IMG/VR virus record: IMGVR_UViG_3300037245_001434 | From: an uncultured virus (IMG/VR IMGVR_UViG_3300037245_001434) | Lineage: Duplodnaviria; Heunggongvirae; Uroviricota; Caudoviricetes | Strand: one strand, 5' to 3' | DNA: 64,000 nucleotides | Shown: positions 39,497-49,147 of the stretch, piece after piece | How positions within the stretch are numbered: the stretch's first letter is position 1 | Layout of the letters: every line of letters starts with the position of its first letter | Notes under the pieces: model-generated | Database searches by the model: none | What the model saw: the letters and a program-made list of their open reading frames with translations, nothing else | What the model was told of the DNA's origin: nothing | Made by a program: the position numbers and the translations under genes

Positions 39497-39576
39497 CGAT
39501 TACAATAAATTGCGGCGGAACCAAGCTGATACAGAGCGCGTAGCTTGAACCGTCGATTTGATTTTGCTTGTTATGT
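39491..39576 (-). repeat. attC site (array 2, second; relative of attC5)
   Basis: Minus strand ACATAACAAGC..AAATCGACGGTT...CTTGGTTCCGCCGCAATTT..CGTTATAC. Confidence 0.85.
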
Positions 39577-39602
39577 GGTGTTGAAAGGAATAGAGGTAAT
39601 TT

Positions 39603-39830
39603 ATGAGTGAATGGATAAAGGTTACTGACAGGCTGCCAGAAATCTTCGACACATATTATGTATACCCATCTGGAAAGTACAGCGGGAGCTTTGTTGAATT
39701 CTGGACGTTCGAAGACTTTAAGGGCCACAAGAAAAACACTTTTGAATGGACGAATAGTGACGATGATGTGTTTCAAGTTGATGTTACGCACTGGATGCCG
39801 ATACCAGCCCCACCGATAGCTGAGGATTAA
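39603..39830 (+). CDS. DUF551-like protein
   Basis: MSEWIKVTDRLPE...VTHWMPIPAPP. Confidence 0.8.
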   Translation: MSEWIKVTDRLPEIFDTYYVYPSGKYSGSFVEFWTFEDFKGHKKNTFEWTNSDDDVFQVDVTHWMPIPAPPIAED

Positions 39831-39834
39831 TAGA

Positions 39835-40020
39835 ATGATTTGCTCTAACTGCATGTACAGGAATGATTGCTACCTATACGGCAAAGTAAAAGACCAATGC
39901 ACCTATAAGGAGGAAGGTGAGATAAGCATGTCGCTTGGAGCGATTACCGCGACTATTGAAGAAGCAAAAAAAGACGACCCAGAGTTTTACCAAGAGTTGA
40001 AAGAAATGTTTAACACATAA
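39835..40020 (+). CDS. small Cys-rich protein
   Basis: CSNC..C..C; stop in attC core. Confidence 0.5.
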   Translation: MICSNCMYRNDCYLYGKVKDQCTYKEEGEISMSLGAITATIEEAKKDDPEFYQELKEMFNT

Positions 40021-40144
40021 CGATAAATAGTAAGCCGCCGCGAGAACGTGGCAGTGACTTAATAAAGGAATTATGAATATGAACACACTAAACTCTAAAA
40101 AAAGAGCGATGCTGTTAGCGGTCTGCTTGACTGCCGTGTTATGT
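40015..40144 (-). repeat. attC site (array 2, first)
   Basis: Minus strand ACATAACACGG..AAGCAGACCGC...GCGGCGGCTT..CGTTATGT. Confidence 0.8.
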
Positions 40145-40345
40145 GTGGGTTCACTTAGCGGGTGCATGTATCAAGAGATAGACCAGAACGACATTGCTAA
40201 TGCTGTGGATGCCTGTAAAAACAAAGGCGGTGTATTTCATATAGAAGAGCACTTTACAGGAGACACCGTAGTAACCTGCAAAAACGCAAAAATAGTAAAT
40301 ATCGACAAGTGGGCAATAGCCGATGTTGCTGGAGATCAAAAATGA
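40073..40345 (+). CDS. predicted lipoprotein starting in the attC loop
   Basis: AAGGA RBS; KKR, hydrophobic stretch, LSGC lipobox. Confidence 0.65.
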   Translation: MNMNTLNSKKRAMLLAVCLTAVLCVGSLSGCMYQEIDQNDIANAVDACKNKGGVFHIEEHFTGDTVVTCKNAKIVNIDKWAIADVAGDQK

Positions 40346-40512
40346 AAAAGTTTATTTTACGGCGCAAGATGATTTACACCGAACGTGCCGAGGTTGAAGC
40401 CGAAAGCTTTGATGCTGCAAAAGAAATATTAGAAGGTGACGATGTTGATTTTGAAGTACAGAACGACGACATGCTGCACGATAGTAGCTATGAATACATT
40501 GGTGACACATAA
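40342..40512 (+). CDS. small acidic protein
   Basis: MKKFILRR..EVEAESFDAAKE; stop in the attI-like core. Confidence 0.55.
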   Translation: MKKFILRRKMIYTERAEVEAESFDAAKEILEGDDVDFEVQNDDMLHDSSYEYIGDT

Positions 40513-40581
40513 CAGAGAGCTAGACAGAAGGTGAGCGTATTGAGATATATAGAATAGGCTATATTGGAATAGGTAGAAACT
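40503..40581 (-). repeat. attI-like site R (copy 2 of 79-bp inverted repeat)
   Basis: Reverse complement of 19379-19457; minus-strand core GTTATGT at 40507-40513. Confidence 0.75.
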
Positions 40582-40644
40582 AGCAAATTACCCTTTATCT
40601 CTATATGTTGTATAATGGGAGTTATATTTAATAGGGGATAAAGA

Positions 40645-40863
40645 ATGGCAATTATTAGAGACGCAAAGAGAGCTAAAACAGGGCAGTTATTAGTTGATTA
40701 CGAGGCACAAGCAATAAACGCAATCAATCAGCTAACAACCATTAAAATAGAATTGTCAAGCATTAAGTCCACTGTTAACTCAGACGCTGATTTCGATGTA
40801 GATGATTCAGCGGAAGTTCAAGAAACCCTCGACCGCTTAGCTGGGCTGCTTTCTAGCATCTAA
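40645..40863 (+). CDS. hypothetical protein
   Basis: First gene of the rightward block; TATAAT near 40610. Confidence 0.55.
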   Translation: MAIIRDAKRAKTGQLLVDYEAQAINAINQLTTIKIELSSIKSTVNSDADFDVDDSAEVQETLDRLAGLLSSI

Positions 40864-41550
40864 ATGGCAATCGCTGAGACAGGCAGTGCTAAAAACAGCG
40901 CAACAACGGGTACTGCCGTCTCTGTTACTCACGGCCTGACGATAAATAGCGGTGACGTTATAGTTGCTATTGTGCATGCTAACGGTAACGGTAATACCAT
41001 TACTGATAACAATGGTGGTGATTCGTTTACTCAAGAGATACAGGAAGATGGCGGCATTTTCACTAATCGCTATGCAATTTATAGCAGAGTAGCAGGCGGT
41101 AGCGAGCCTGTAAGTTATGCGTGGACACTAAATTCATCAGATAGATGGTCTGTGCAGATACGGGTATTTTCAGGGGTGGATAATTCCACCATTTTTGATA
41201 TTGCTCCATCAGTTTCTACCAGAAGTGCGGACAATAGCGCTACCGCTACCGCGCCAACAATGACCACTACAGTAGCCAATACTCTTGGAATTATGTCGAT
41301 TTTGATCGATAGTCCAACAATTACGGTAAGCTCACCAACTAATGGATATGACACCGAGGTTGAGGAGGCCAATCAGATCAACGTAAGCTACATAAGGGCG
41401 TGGGCATCTGCTGGAGCTACTGGGGCATCTAGCGCCACGTTATCAGCGTCTGGCGGCTGGACCGCTCATCAATTCGCATTAAATCCAGCAGCACCACCAA
41501 CAGGCAATCCTTGGCATTACTATGCTCAACAACAGGCAATATTGGCATGA
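40864..41550 (+). CDS. putative virion accessory protein (beta-rich)
   Basis: Ser/Thr/Ala-rich; SGDVIVAIV and EPVSYAWT. Confidence 0.55.
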   Translation: MAIAETGSAKNSATTGTAVSVTHGLTINSGDVIVAIVHANGNGNTITDNNGGDSFTQEIQEDGGIFTNRYAIYSRVAGGSEPVSYAWTLNSSDRWSVQIRVFSGVDNSTIFDIAPSVSTRSADNSATATAPTMTTTVANTLGIMSILIDSPTITVSSPTNGYDTEVEEANQINVSYIRAWASAGATGASSATLSASGGWTAHQFALNPAAPPTGNPWHYYAQQQAILA

Positions 41551-44297
41551 TTTGGCTAGATGTAGATACGGCAATAAATGTACCGGTAAATGTACTGGCT
41601 CTAATTGATGACACTGATTTCAAAACTAGAGAAACCGGCATTGTTTATAATCAGGCTGGAATGGATCTGGTCTGGAATTTTGTCACGACGGCAGGAGTTA
41701 CAACTCAAGCAGCAGTAACACCCACAACAGCCGGTGATTATGACTGGGCGCATTCTGGCGATGCGATGTATAAAATTGAAATGCCTGCTAGTGGCGGTGC
41801 TTCAGCCAATAATGACACAGAAGGACACGGTTGGTTTAGCGGTATTTGCACGGGTGTATTGGCGTGGTCTGGGCCTGTTTTTGGGTTCCGTGCAGCCGCT
41901 CTTAATAATGCATTAATTGACGGTGGAGATGTACTAGATACCAATGTGACCGAAATCAGCGGTGATTCAACGTCAGCCGATAATTTAGAGGCACAATACG
42001 ATGGCGCCGGACTAACAGGCGACACGTTCCCAGCAAATCAGGCTCAGCTATCAGGCATTGCAAATGTTGGGTCAGCATCGCATCAAAAGTTTACAGGCGA
42101 GGTTTTAACTACTCCCGCTACGACAACAGGCGGTAGCTATGCAGATACCGAAGAGTTCGATAGTGTTTATATGTACTGGGATGCCGTTACTGGTGGATTT
42201 GAGAACGAACTAACAACTAATATAGGATCAGGAATACCGTCTGGCATTAAGATATCAGGATATCTCCAAGGAAGTAACGACACTCTTAGGGTTCAGCAGT
42301 GGGATTATCAAGCAGGAACTCCTGCATGGAAAACCATCGGGACGTGGAAAGGGTTTAATCCAATAGTAGATCAGGTTCTCCCTCTTGACGCATTTATTGG
42401 GTACGTGGGCATAGGGGCAAACAAGGGCGATATAAGGATTAGGCTATATAATGACAATGGCGGAACAGATACAGCCCTAACTGGGGCCAATATTTACATA
42501 GACCAAGTATTTGTAGAGTTTAATTCTGGCGCAGCAAGCGTTTTAGACAGAATATATTTAGACACAAATGCCTCAAACACTAATACCGTTCCAGGCCAAG
42601 ACGGCATCCCGGGAAACCCAGTATCTACAATGGGAGCGGTTAACACACTGCTTACATCTACCGGTCTCAAAAGAATAGAGGTCGCTCCTGTTTCATCGGT
42701 AATTTTGACAGCAACACAAAGCAACCAAGTGTTTTCCGGTGAAAATTGGTTATTGGCTCTTGGTAGTCAGAATATAGCTGGGTCACATTTCACAGGGGCG
42801 CATGTAAGCGGTATAGCTTCAGGCACTGGAACAGAGCAAACTTTTGAAAAGTGCCATATGGACACCTCTTCCCACATTAAAGAAACCCATTTCCTAGAGT
42901 GCGGAATGGCAGGCACTCAAACCGTAGTAGAGGCTGGTGAGTATCATTACGATAGGTGTCATTCATCTATTGCCGGAACAGGTACGTGGATATTTGATTT
43001 TGGTGCAGCAATAGGTAATACAAACCTTAGTTGGCGCAACGGCTCGGGCGGTATCCAATTAGAGAGCATGGGCGACACAGGAACAGACGCTGCCTCCATT
43101 GAGGGAAGAGGGCAGGTTGTAGAGGGTACGTGTACTGGCGGAACAGTGGCGATACGAGGCCCGTTCACAACTACAGGCATCACTAATTTAACGCTTTCTG
43201 ATAATGCTAGATTAGACACACTACAGATTAATGCTGAATGTGATTCAGCCCTAGCCGACTATGACGGCCCAACCAATGCAGAGATGATTGCAAGAACATT
43301 GTTGGCGGCAGATTATTTTGATTTCACGACTGATGATGTGACTGTAGGAGACTACGCAGCAACCAAAGCACCAAACACTATGGTGTGGTCAGACCTCTTG
43401 ACTGGGTATAGCGGAAACATGGCGGGGCTGCTACTGAAGAAACTGTTAGTCCAAATAGCTACCGATGGAGCGGTTGATGATGCAGCGGCAACCAGAACGT
43501 CATTTATAACCAACATCACAGGCGCGCCAAGCTTAGCTGATCAAACATTAGTGTTTGAGAATCACGGCTCAACAGTAAATGGTGGTCAGGGTCATATCAT
43601 CGAAACCCACGACATCAATACTGGAGAAATGACATTCTTTGGTGATGGGTTTGATACTGCGCCAACCGATGGCGATACGCTCGTTGTCTTTGCTCTCGGC
43701 GGCAGGACAGCAACAGATCTTAAAGCATTGGTTCTTGATGCGATTACTGATGATGCAACTAGATTTAGTGGTGCTGATATCGCGCTAATCGTTGAAGATA
43801 CTAACGAGCTGCAAACTGATGATGTGCCGGGGCTCATAGCTGCGCATGACTCAAGCATTGATACTCAATTAAACGCCATCGGTGTAATAGTAACCGCTAT
43901 CCAGGCAATTACAGATGCCATTCCTAACTCTGGCGCAATGACTAGCATAGGCCAAGAGGACACGCTGACAGCAATGAAGGGCGCAGGGTGGACGAGCGAG
44001 AGCCTTAAATCTATATCTGATGCTGTAGCGGCACTGAACAACCTAGATGCAGCGACAGTAAATGCAGAGCTTGTTGATGTGCTAACAGTAGATACTCATG
44101 TAGAGTTGGCAGTAATACCGCCTGCAACAGCATCATTTTTACAGATGGTACAGCTAGTTTTCATGGCAACAAGGAACGGTGGAACATTTACGGCTGCAAC
44201 TGGTGCTCAAACGATAGAGAATGATGCTGGTACATCAATAGGGACGGCAACAGTTACAGACGACGGGCTGGTAACCGATCACGGGAAGTTCTCCTAA
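41547..44297 (+). CDS. large acidic Gly/Thr-rich virion fibre-like protein
   Basis: About 916 aa, adhesin-like composition, repeated INAE/VNAE segments. Confidence 0.55.
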   Translation: MIWLDVDTAINVPVNVLALIDDTDFKTRETGIVYNQAGMDLVWNFVTTAGVTTQAAVTPTTAGDYDWAHSGDAMYKIEMPASGGASANNDTEGHGWFSGICTGVLAWSGPVFGFRAAALNNALIDGGDVLDTNVTEISGDSTSADNLEAQYDGAGLTGDTFPANQAQLSGIANVGSASHQKFTGEVLTTPATTTGGSYADTEEFDSVYMYWDAVTGGFENELTTNIGSGIPSGIKISGYLQGSNDTLRVQQWDYQAGTPAWKTIGTWKGFNPIVDQVLPLDAFIGYVGIGANKGDIRIRLYNDNGGTDTALTGANIYIDQVFVEFNSGAASVLDRIYLDTNASNTNTVPGQDGIPGNPVSTMGAVNTLLTSTGLKRIEVAPVSSVILTATQSNQVFSGENWLLALGSQNIAGSHFTGAHVSGIASGTGTEQTFEKCHMDTSSHIKETHFLECGMAGTQTVVEAGEYHYDRCHSSIAGTGTWIFDFGAAIGNTNLSWRNGSGGIQLESMGDTGTDAASIEGRGQVVEGTCTGGTVAIRGPFTTTGITNLTLSDNARLDTLQINAECDSALADYDGPTNAEMIARTLLAADYFDFTTDDVTVGDYAATKAPNTMVWSDLLTGYSGNMAGLLLKKLLVQIATDGAVDDAAATRTSFITNITGAPSLADQTLVFENHGSTVNGGQGHIIETHDINTGEMTFFGDGFDTAPTDGDTLVVFALGGRTATDLKALVLDAITDDATRFSGADIALIVEDTNELQTDDVPGLIAAHDSSIDTQLNAIGVIVTAIQAITDAIPNSGAMTSIGQEDTLTAMKGAGWTSESLKSISDAVAALNNLDAATVNAELVDVLTVDTHVELAVIPPATASFLQMVQLVFMATRNGGTFTAATGAQTIENDAGTSIGTATVTDDGLVTDHGKFS

Positions 44298-44563
44298 TGG
44301 CAATTGATACTTTCACAAAGCGAGCTAGTGTATGGGGATTTAACAAACCATACAGAACAGTAATCATACCAAACGGATCAATTGACCAAGGGGATAGGCA
44401 AACAGCACTATCGCTGTATAGCGGAATGTTGGCAGGCGTTGCCATTGGAGGTGAAATTATCAACTTCACGCTATCAATAACAAGGAAGCTAGATTTCAAT
44501 CTTGGCATTACACGCATAAGTGGCCATACTCTTGATATAACTAGGCTTGTGAGTAAAGACTAA
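44297..44563 (+). CDS. hypothetical protein
   Basis: Translationally coupled ORF. Confidence 0.5.
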   Translation: MAIDTFTKRASVWGFNKPYRTVIIPNGSIDQGDRQTALSLYSGMLAGVAIGGEIINFTLSITRKLDFNLGITRISGHTLDITRLVSKD

Positions 44564-44877
44564 TGAGTAAAGTACACGTAGGTGATATAGGAACCGTCCT
44601 TAGGGTCAAGATCGTTGATGAGGACGGCTCAGGCGTAGATGTAAGCGCGGCCACCACCAAAACACTAAAGCTATTAAAGGCAGATGGATCATGCGTAGAG
44701 AAAGACGCAGAATTCACCACAGACGGAACAGACTCATATATTGAATATGTAACTATTGCAGGGGATATTCTAGAAGGCCATAAAGGTGGATGGAAGATAC
44801 AGGGGTTCGTGATTACTCCAATATTCTCTGCTCACTCTAGTATTGATAAGTTTAACGTGTATGAGAATTTGTGCTGA
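44563..44877 (+). CDS. BppU-like Ig-fold structural protein
   Basis: HVGDIGT..VDVSAAT..DGTD..IEYVTIAGD..GGWKIQ. Confidence 0.6.
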   Translation: MSKVHVGDIGTVLRVKIVDEDGSGVDVSAATTKTLKLLKADGSCVEKDAEFTTDGTDSYIEYVTIAGDILEGHKGGWKIQGFVITPIFSAHSSIDKFNVYENLC

Positions 44878-45434
44878 TGGCTAAGGAGTGGCAAGCAAGG
44901 AACCCAGAAGGCAAGGAGTGCACCTATACCCCAGAGATAGGATTGGAGATATGCGATAGGCTAGTAAGGGTTGGATCATTACGAAAGGTTTGCTTGTCTG
45001 AAGATATGCCGGACAAGTCGACATTCTTTCGTTGGTTGCTTAGGGCTGAGATGGAAGAGCCAGAAGAGCAATTCATTAAACTTCGCGACCAATACATACG
45101 TGCAAGGGAGCTAGCGAAGGATTATAAGTTCGATGAACTAGAGCATGAGCTGCACGAAATGGCGCAAACTCCAGTCATTATTGACGATAAACCGCTGCGC
45201 GATGATAACGGCAAAATACTGATGACAGTAACAAGTGCATCGGTACAATTTGCCAATATGCACCTTAACGCATTCAAGTGGCAGTCATCTAAAGAGAACC
45301 CAAAGAAGTATGGAGAAAAAGTTACTCAAGAGCATGTAGGGGCCAACGGTGGGCCAATAGCTACATCTGACATTGATCTAAGCGACCAGAATGCAGTAGA
45401 CGCATACATGGATCTAGTTAAGAAGCCTGAGTAA
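44877..45434 (+). CDS. terS: terminase small subunit
   Basis: YTPEIGLEICDRL..SLRKVC..MPDKSTFFRWL..PKKYGEKV. Confidence 0.85.
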   Translation: MAKEWQARNPEGKECTYTPEIGLEICDRLVRVGSLRKVCLSEDMPDKSTFFRWLLRAEMEEPEEQFIKLRDQYIRARELAKDYKFDELEHELHEMAQTPVIIDDKPLRDDNGKILMTVTSASVQFANMHLNAFKWQSSKENPKKYGEKVTQEHVGANGGPIATSDIDLSDQNAVDAYMDLVKKPE

Positions 45435-45509
45435 TGAAATGATGTATAATCGGAAAGCGGGGTGCTGAAACACCCCGTCCCTATTCACAAACTTACTTGA
45501 GGTAAGCTA

Positions 45510-46121
45510 ATGACGTCAACCAATTTTATCACAAAAGAATGCAGTAGCTGCGAAGATATTAAGCCGTTAAATGAGTTTTACAAAAGAAAATCATCTAAAG
45601 ATGGTTATCATTGCCATTGTAAATCATGCGTATCATTGAACGATGATGAATACAAAAGAACAAAAAAAGGCCTCGTTTTAAAAATATACAAATCTCAAAT
45701 ATCAAGATCAAAAGCAAGGGGTTATGCTAAGCCTGATTATAGTCTTAATGAATTAAGAGAATGGGTATTTAGTCAAGATAATTTCAATGAGATATATGAA
45801 TCGTGGGTTTTGTCTGATTATAAAAAGATGCTAATACCTTCTTGTGATAGATTAGATGATTACAAGCCATATAGCTTGCCAAACATTAGACTTGTAACGT
45901 GGCAAGAAAACAAAAGCAAATCTTATTGTGACAGAAAAAATGGCCTGAATAATAAACACAGTAAATATGTTGCACAGTTTAATATCGATGGTGAATTGAT
46001 AAGTGGATATTATTCGACAAAGCAAGCAGAGAGGGAAACAGGGGTGGCAAATACAAGCATTTCCGCTTGCTGTCTTGGGAAAAGAAAAACGGCAGGTGGC
46101 TTTATATGGAAAAGAAGATAA
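45510..46121 (+). CDS. putative homing endonuclease with NUMOD1 HTH
   Basis: KECSSC..CKSC, PSCDRLDD..YSLPNIRLVTWQEN, C-terminal CCLGKRKTAGGFIW; AT-rich. Confidence 0.75.
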   Translation: MTSTNFITKECSSCEDIKPLNEFYKRKSSKDGYHCHCKSCVSLNDDEYKRTKKGLVLKIYKSQISRSKARGYAKPDYSLNELREWVFSQDNFNEIYESWVLSDYKKMLIPSCDRLDDYKPYSLPNIRLVTWQENKSKSYCDRKNGLNNKHSKYVAQFNIDGELISGYYSTKQAERETGVANTSISACCLGKRKTAGGFIWKRR

Positions 46122-47711
46122 GTGGCTTTCAATTTCAAAAATCCCGACTACGACGAAGTATTCAGGTTAAGAGCTGGCAATCTAAATAAAATTAGAGAGT
46201 CCCCAGCTAAACTGCCAGCAATAAAGAAATACTACTCCACTAACTACGCCGACTTCATAGAGGATTGGATATTAACCATTGATCCTCGTGTAGCTGGTCG
46301 CCCTACCATCATGCCGTTTCTTCTGTTCCCTAAGCAGAGAGAGTTTATCGAGTGGCTATATCAGCATAGGCTTGACGGTAAAGACGGATTGGTTGAGAAA
46401 ACTCGTGATTCTGGCTTCACCTACATGTGCGGTGCGTTTGCGATATGTGAGTGGATTTTCTGTTCTGGATCTAAGATTGGCTTTGGCTCAAGAAAGCAAG
46501 ACCTAGTAGACAGAACGGGCGACCCAGATTCAATATTTGAAAAGCTTCGGTTCATGATTAGGACTTTGCCAGATGAGTTCCTGCCAGAAGGATTAAGCGA
46601 GAGGAAGCACTTTTCTTTTATGCGGATATTAAATCCTGTTAATGGATCGGCCATTACTGGAGAGGCTGGCGATAATATCGGAAGAGGAGGGAGATCTAGC
46701 TGCTATTTTAAAGATGAAAGTAGTTTTTATGAACGGCCAAAGCTAATTGATGCCGCATTGTCTCAAAACACCAAGTGCCAAATAGACATATCAACCGTTA
46801 ACGGGGTAGGAAACCCTTTTTTCCTAAAAAGACACAGGATGCCTGCTGAAGACGTTTTTATCTTCGATTGGAGGGACGACCCTAGAAAGGACGATGAGTG
46901 GTATGCCGATCAATGCCAAAGACATTCACCCGAGATTGTAGCCCAAGAGATTGATCGTGATTACTTTGCCTCTACTGAAGGAATATGTATTCCTGCAAAA
47001 TATGTCAAAGCCGCTGTAAACTTTGCTGAGAAGATGGAAATAGAGCCAAGTGGTAAAGTAATAGCCGGGTTCGATCCTGCTGATGATGATGAAAGCTCAG
47101 ATCCTAAAGGTATGATTATTAGGAAGGGGATTAGCGTATATCATGCTGAAGAGTGGAAGGCTGGCAATGTCACCGAATCAACTCGGCGAGTCTATGGCGT
47201 ATGCAAGGATGAGCGTGTTGAGGTGTTACACTATGACTCTATTGGCCTTGGTGCTGGCGTAAAGGGCGAGATCAAGTCACTCGTTCAGTTGAATGTTAAG
47301 TCGCCATATAATCTAACAGCGCGGGGCATTAATGTAGGCAAGCCGCCCACAAAGGACGAATACTACGAAGAGGATAAGCTCTGTGTTGACATGTTCGCTA
47401 ATCTTAAGGCTGAATTGTATACTAAGCTATCACGTAGATTCAGGCGCACCTATGAGGTTGTTAATGATATCAAGGATCACCCGTTTGATGATTGTATCTC
47501 TATTCCTGACAATCAACAGCTTATTGCTGAACTATCCTCATTCAAGAGTGGGCATAACGAAGCAGGAAAGGTTGCGATAGAATCAAAAGCAGCACTTGCA
47601 AGGCGTGGCGTTCCATCACCAAACATAGCAGAGGCGTTGGCCGTGGCATTTGATCAGATACAGATTAGCACCGCCGAGGCAATGGCATCGACAAGAGTTA
47701 GGATATTTTAA
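46122..47711 (+). CDS. terL: terminase large subunit
   Basis: EKTRDSGFT Walker A-like, YFKDES Walker B, GFDPA and YDSIGLGAG nuclease motifs. Confidence 0.9.
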   Translation: MAFNFKNPDYDEVFRLRAGNLNKIRESPAKLPAIKKYYSTNYADFIEDWILTIDPRVAGRPTIMPFLLFPKQREFIEWLYQHRLDGKDGLVEKTRDSGFTYMCGAFAICEWIFCSGSKIGFGSRKQDLVDRTGDPDSIFEKLRFMIRTLPDEFLPEGLSERKHFSFMRILNPVNGSAITGEAGDNIGRGGRSSCYFKDESSFYERPKLIDAALSQNTKCQIDISTVNGVGNPFFLKRHRMPAEDVFIFDWRDDPRKDDEWYADQCQRHSPEIVAQEIDRDYFASTEGICIPAKYVKAAVNFAEKMEIEPSGKVIAGFDPADDDESSDPKGMIIRKGISVYHAEEWKAGNVTESTRRVYGVCKDERVEVLHYDSIGLGAGVKGEIKSLVQLNVKSPYNLTARGINVGKPPTKDEYYEEDKLCVDMFANLKAELYTKLSRRFRRTYEVVNDIKDHPFDDCISIPDNQQLIAELSSFKSGHNEAGKVAIESKAALARRGVPSPNIAEALAVAFDQIQISTAEAMASTRVRIF

Positions 47712-49147
47712 TGGGCACTGTAAACCAAACTGACATCTATATTAAGCAGCTGAAGAGTATGACTCGACAGGATAGATGGGTAAACGAGCGGAATAGTTTC
47801 GGCGGGTCTAATGATCCCATGGTGAATACCGCGTTCTATCGTGAGAATGCCTTAGCCCGTGGTGAGCTTGAGGCTATGTACTCGCAGGATTGGTTAGCGC
47901 GTCGGGTTATTGACATAATCGGTAAGGACGCTACTCGCAATTGGATCAGTATCACAGCAGGCCAAAACAAAGACAAAGCCGAGAAGATTGAGAAAGAGCT
48001 ACGCCGGTTAAACGTTCGCGAGAAAGTAAACGAGGCTATCAGGCTTGGTCGGCTGCATGGTGGAGCGCTTCTGATTGTTGGCGCGTTTGATGGCCAAGAA
48101 ACAGATATGCCGCTTAATAAGGTTAGATCTGTTGAGTTCTTTGATGCTGTAGACCGCTGGCAGACATTCCCGCAGCGATACTATACCGACGAAAACAGCA
48201 TGAACTATGGCATGCCTGAAACGTACCTCATTAACAGAATTCAGGTTAGAGGCACAACTACAGCTATCGTCCATGAATCGCGAGTAATCCGCTTTGACGG
48301 TCACTACCTACCGCCTATTGAACGAATGAGAAACCTAGGCTGGCATGCTTCAGTTCTGGAAAACCTCAAATCAGAGCTAAAGAGCTTCGGAACATCCAAC
48401 CAAGCAGCCAGTTCAATCATTCAGGACTTCATAACAAAGAAAGTCCAGATTAAGAACCTGCGTGAGCTATTGCTAAACGATAAGGGTGAGGCTCAGCTAA
48501 TGGCCCGCCTTGCTACTCTCGCTTATGGGATGTCGATTCATAACATTGCTATCTTTGGTGATGATGAGCAGTTTGAGAAGATGGGAACGCCTCTCACGGG
48601 GCTAGATAAGATACTCACTCATTTCATTGATATCGTCTCTGCTGCTGCCGAGATACCAAAGGGCCGCCTATTCCACAATCAGTCTGGGATACTCGGCGGT
48701 GATGCTGGTGGCAGTGATCTGCGTGTTCACTACGACAATATTGGAGCGTATCAAGAGAATGATCTACGACCTAAGCTAAAAACCATCATTGATGTTGTAG
48801 CAGAGGGTATTGGCGTTGATAGTGCTGATGTGGAGTTTGAGTTCAACCCATTGTGGATGTTGTCAGAGCTAGAAGAGTCTACAGTTCGCAAGAATATTGC
48901 TGATTCTGATGCTGCCTATATTACAGCTGGAGTTGTTGAGGCCGAAGAGGTCGCACTATCTCGATTTGGTGGTGACGGGATCAACCTTGATGAAATGACC
49001 ATTGATACAGATCGAAGAGAAAAGTATCTTGAGCAGCTGTCAAAGCAAGAGATTGATCTTGATGAGGGTGATGTAGATGATGACGTTAGTAGTGGCGAAG
49101 AGCTTGAAGGTGAAGTGAATGTTAAAAACAACGAGGAAAAACCATGA
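47711..49147 (+). CDS. portal protein (DUF1073 family)
   Basis: YSQDWLARRVID, VHESRVIRF, AAEIPKGRLF and FEFNPLW motifs. Confidence 0.88.
   Translation: MGTVNQTDIYIKQLKSMTRQDRWVNERNSFGGSNDPMVNTAFYRENALARGELEAMYSQDWLARRVIDIIGKDATRNWISITAGQNKDKAEKIEKELRRLNVREKVNEAIRLGRLHGGALLIVGAFDGQETDMPLNKVRSVEFFDAVDRWQTFPQRYYTDENSMNYGMPETYLINRIQVRGTTTAIVHESRVIRFDGHYLPPIERMRNLGWHASVLENLKSELKSFGTSNQAASSIIQDFITKKVQIKNLRELLLNDKGEAQLMARLATLAYGMSIHNIAIFGDDEQFEKMGTPLTGLDKILTHFIDIVSAAAEIPKGRLFHNQSGILGGDAGGSDLRVHYDNIGAYQENDLRPKLKTIIDVVAEGIGVDSADVEFEFNPLWMLSELEESTVRKNIADSDAAYITAGVVEAEEVALSRFGGDGINLDEMTIDTDRREKYLEQLSKQEIDLDEGDVDDDVSSGEELEGEVNVKNNEEKP

Larger units (their letters stand above)
38856..40513 (-). mobile_element. 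integron-like cassette array 2 (3 attC sites, mirror orientation)
   Basis: attC sites canonical on the minus strand; begins at attI-like site R. Confidence 0.8.
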
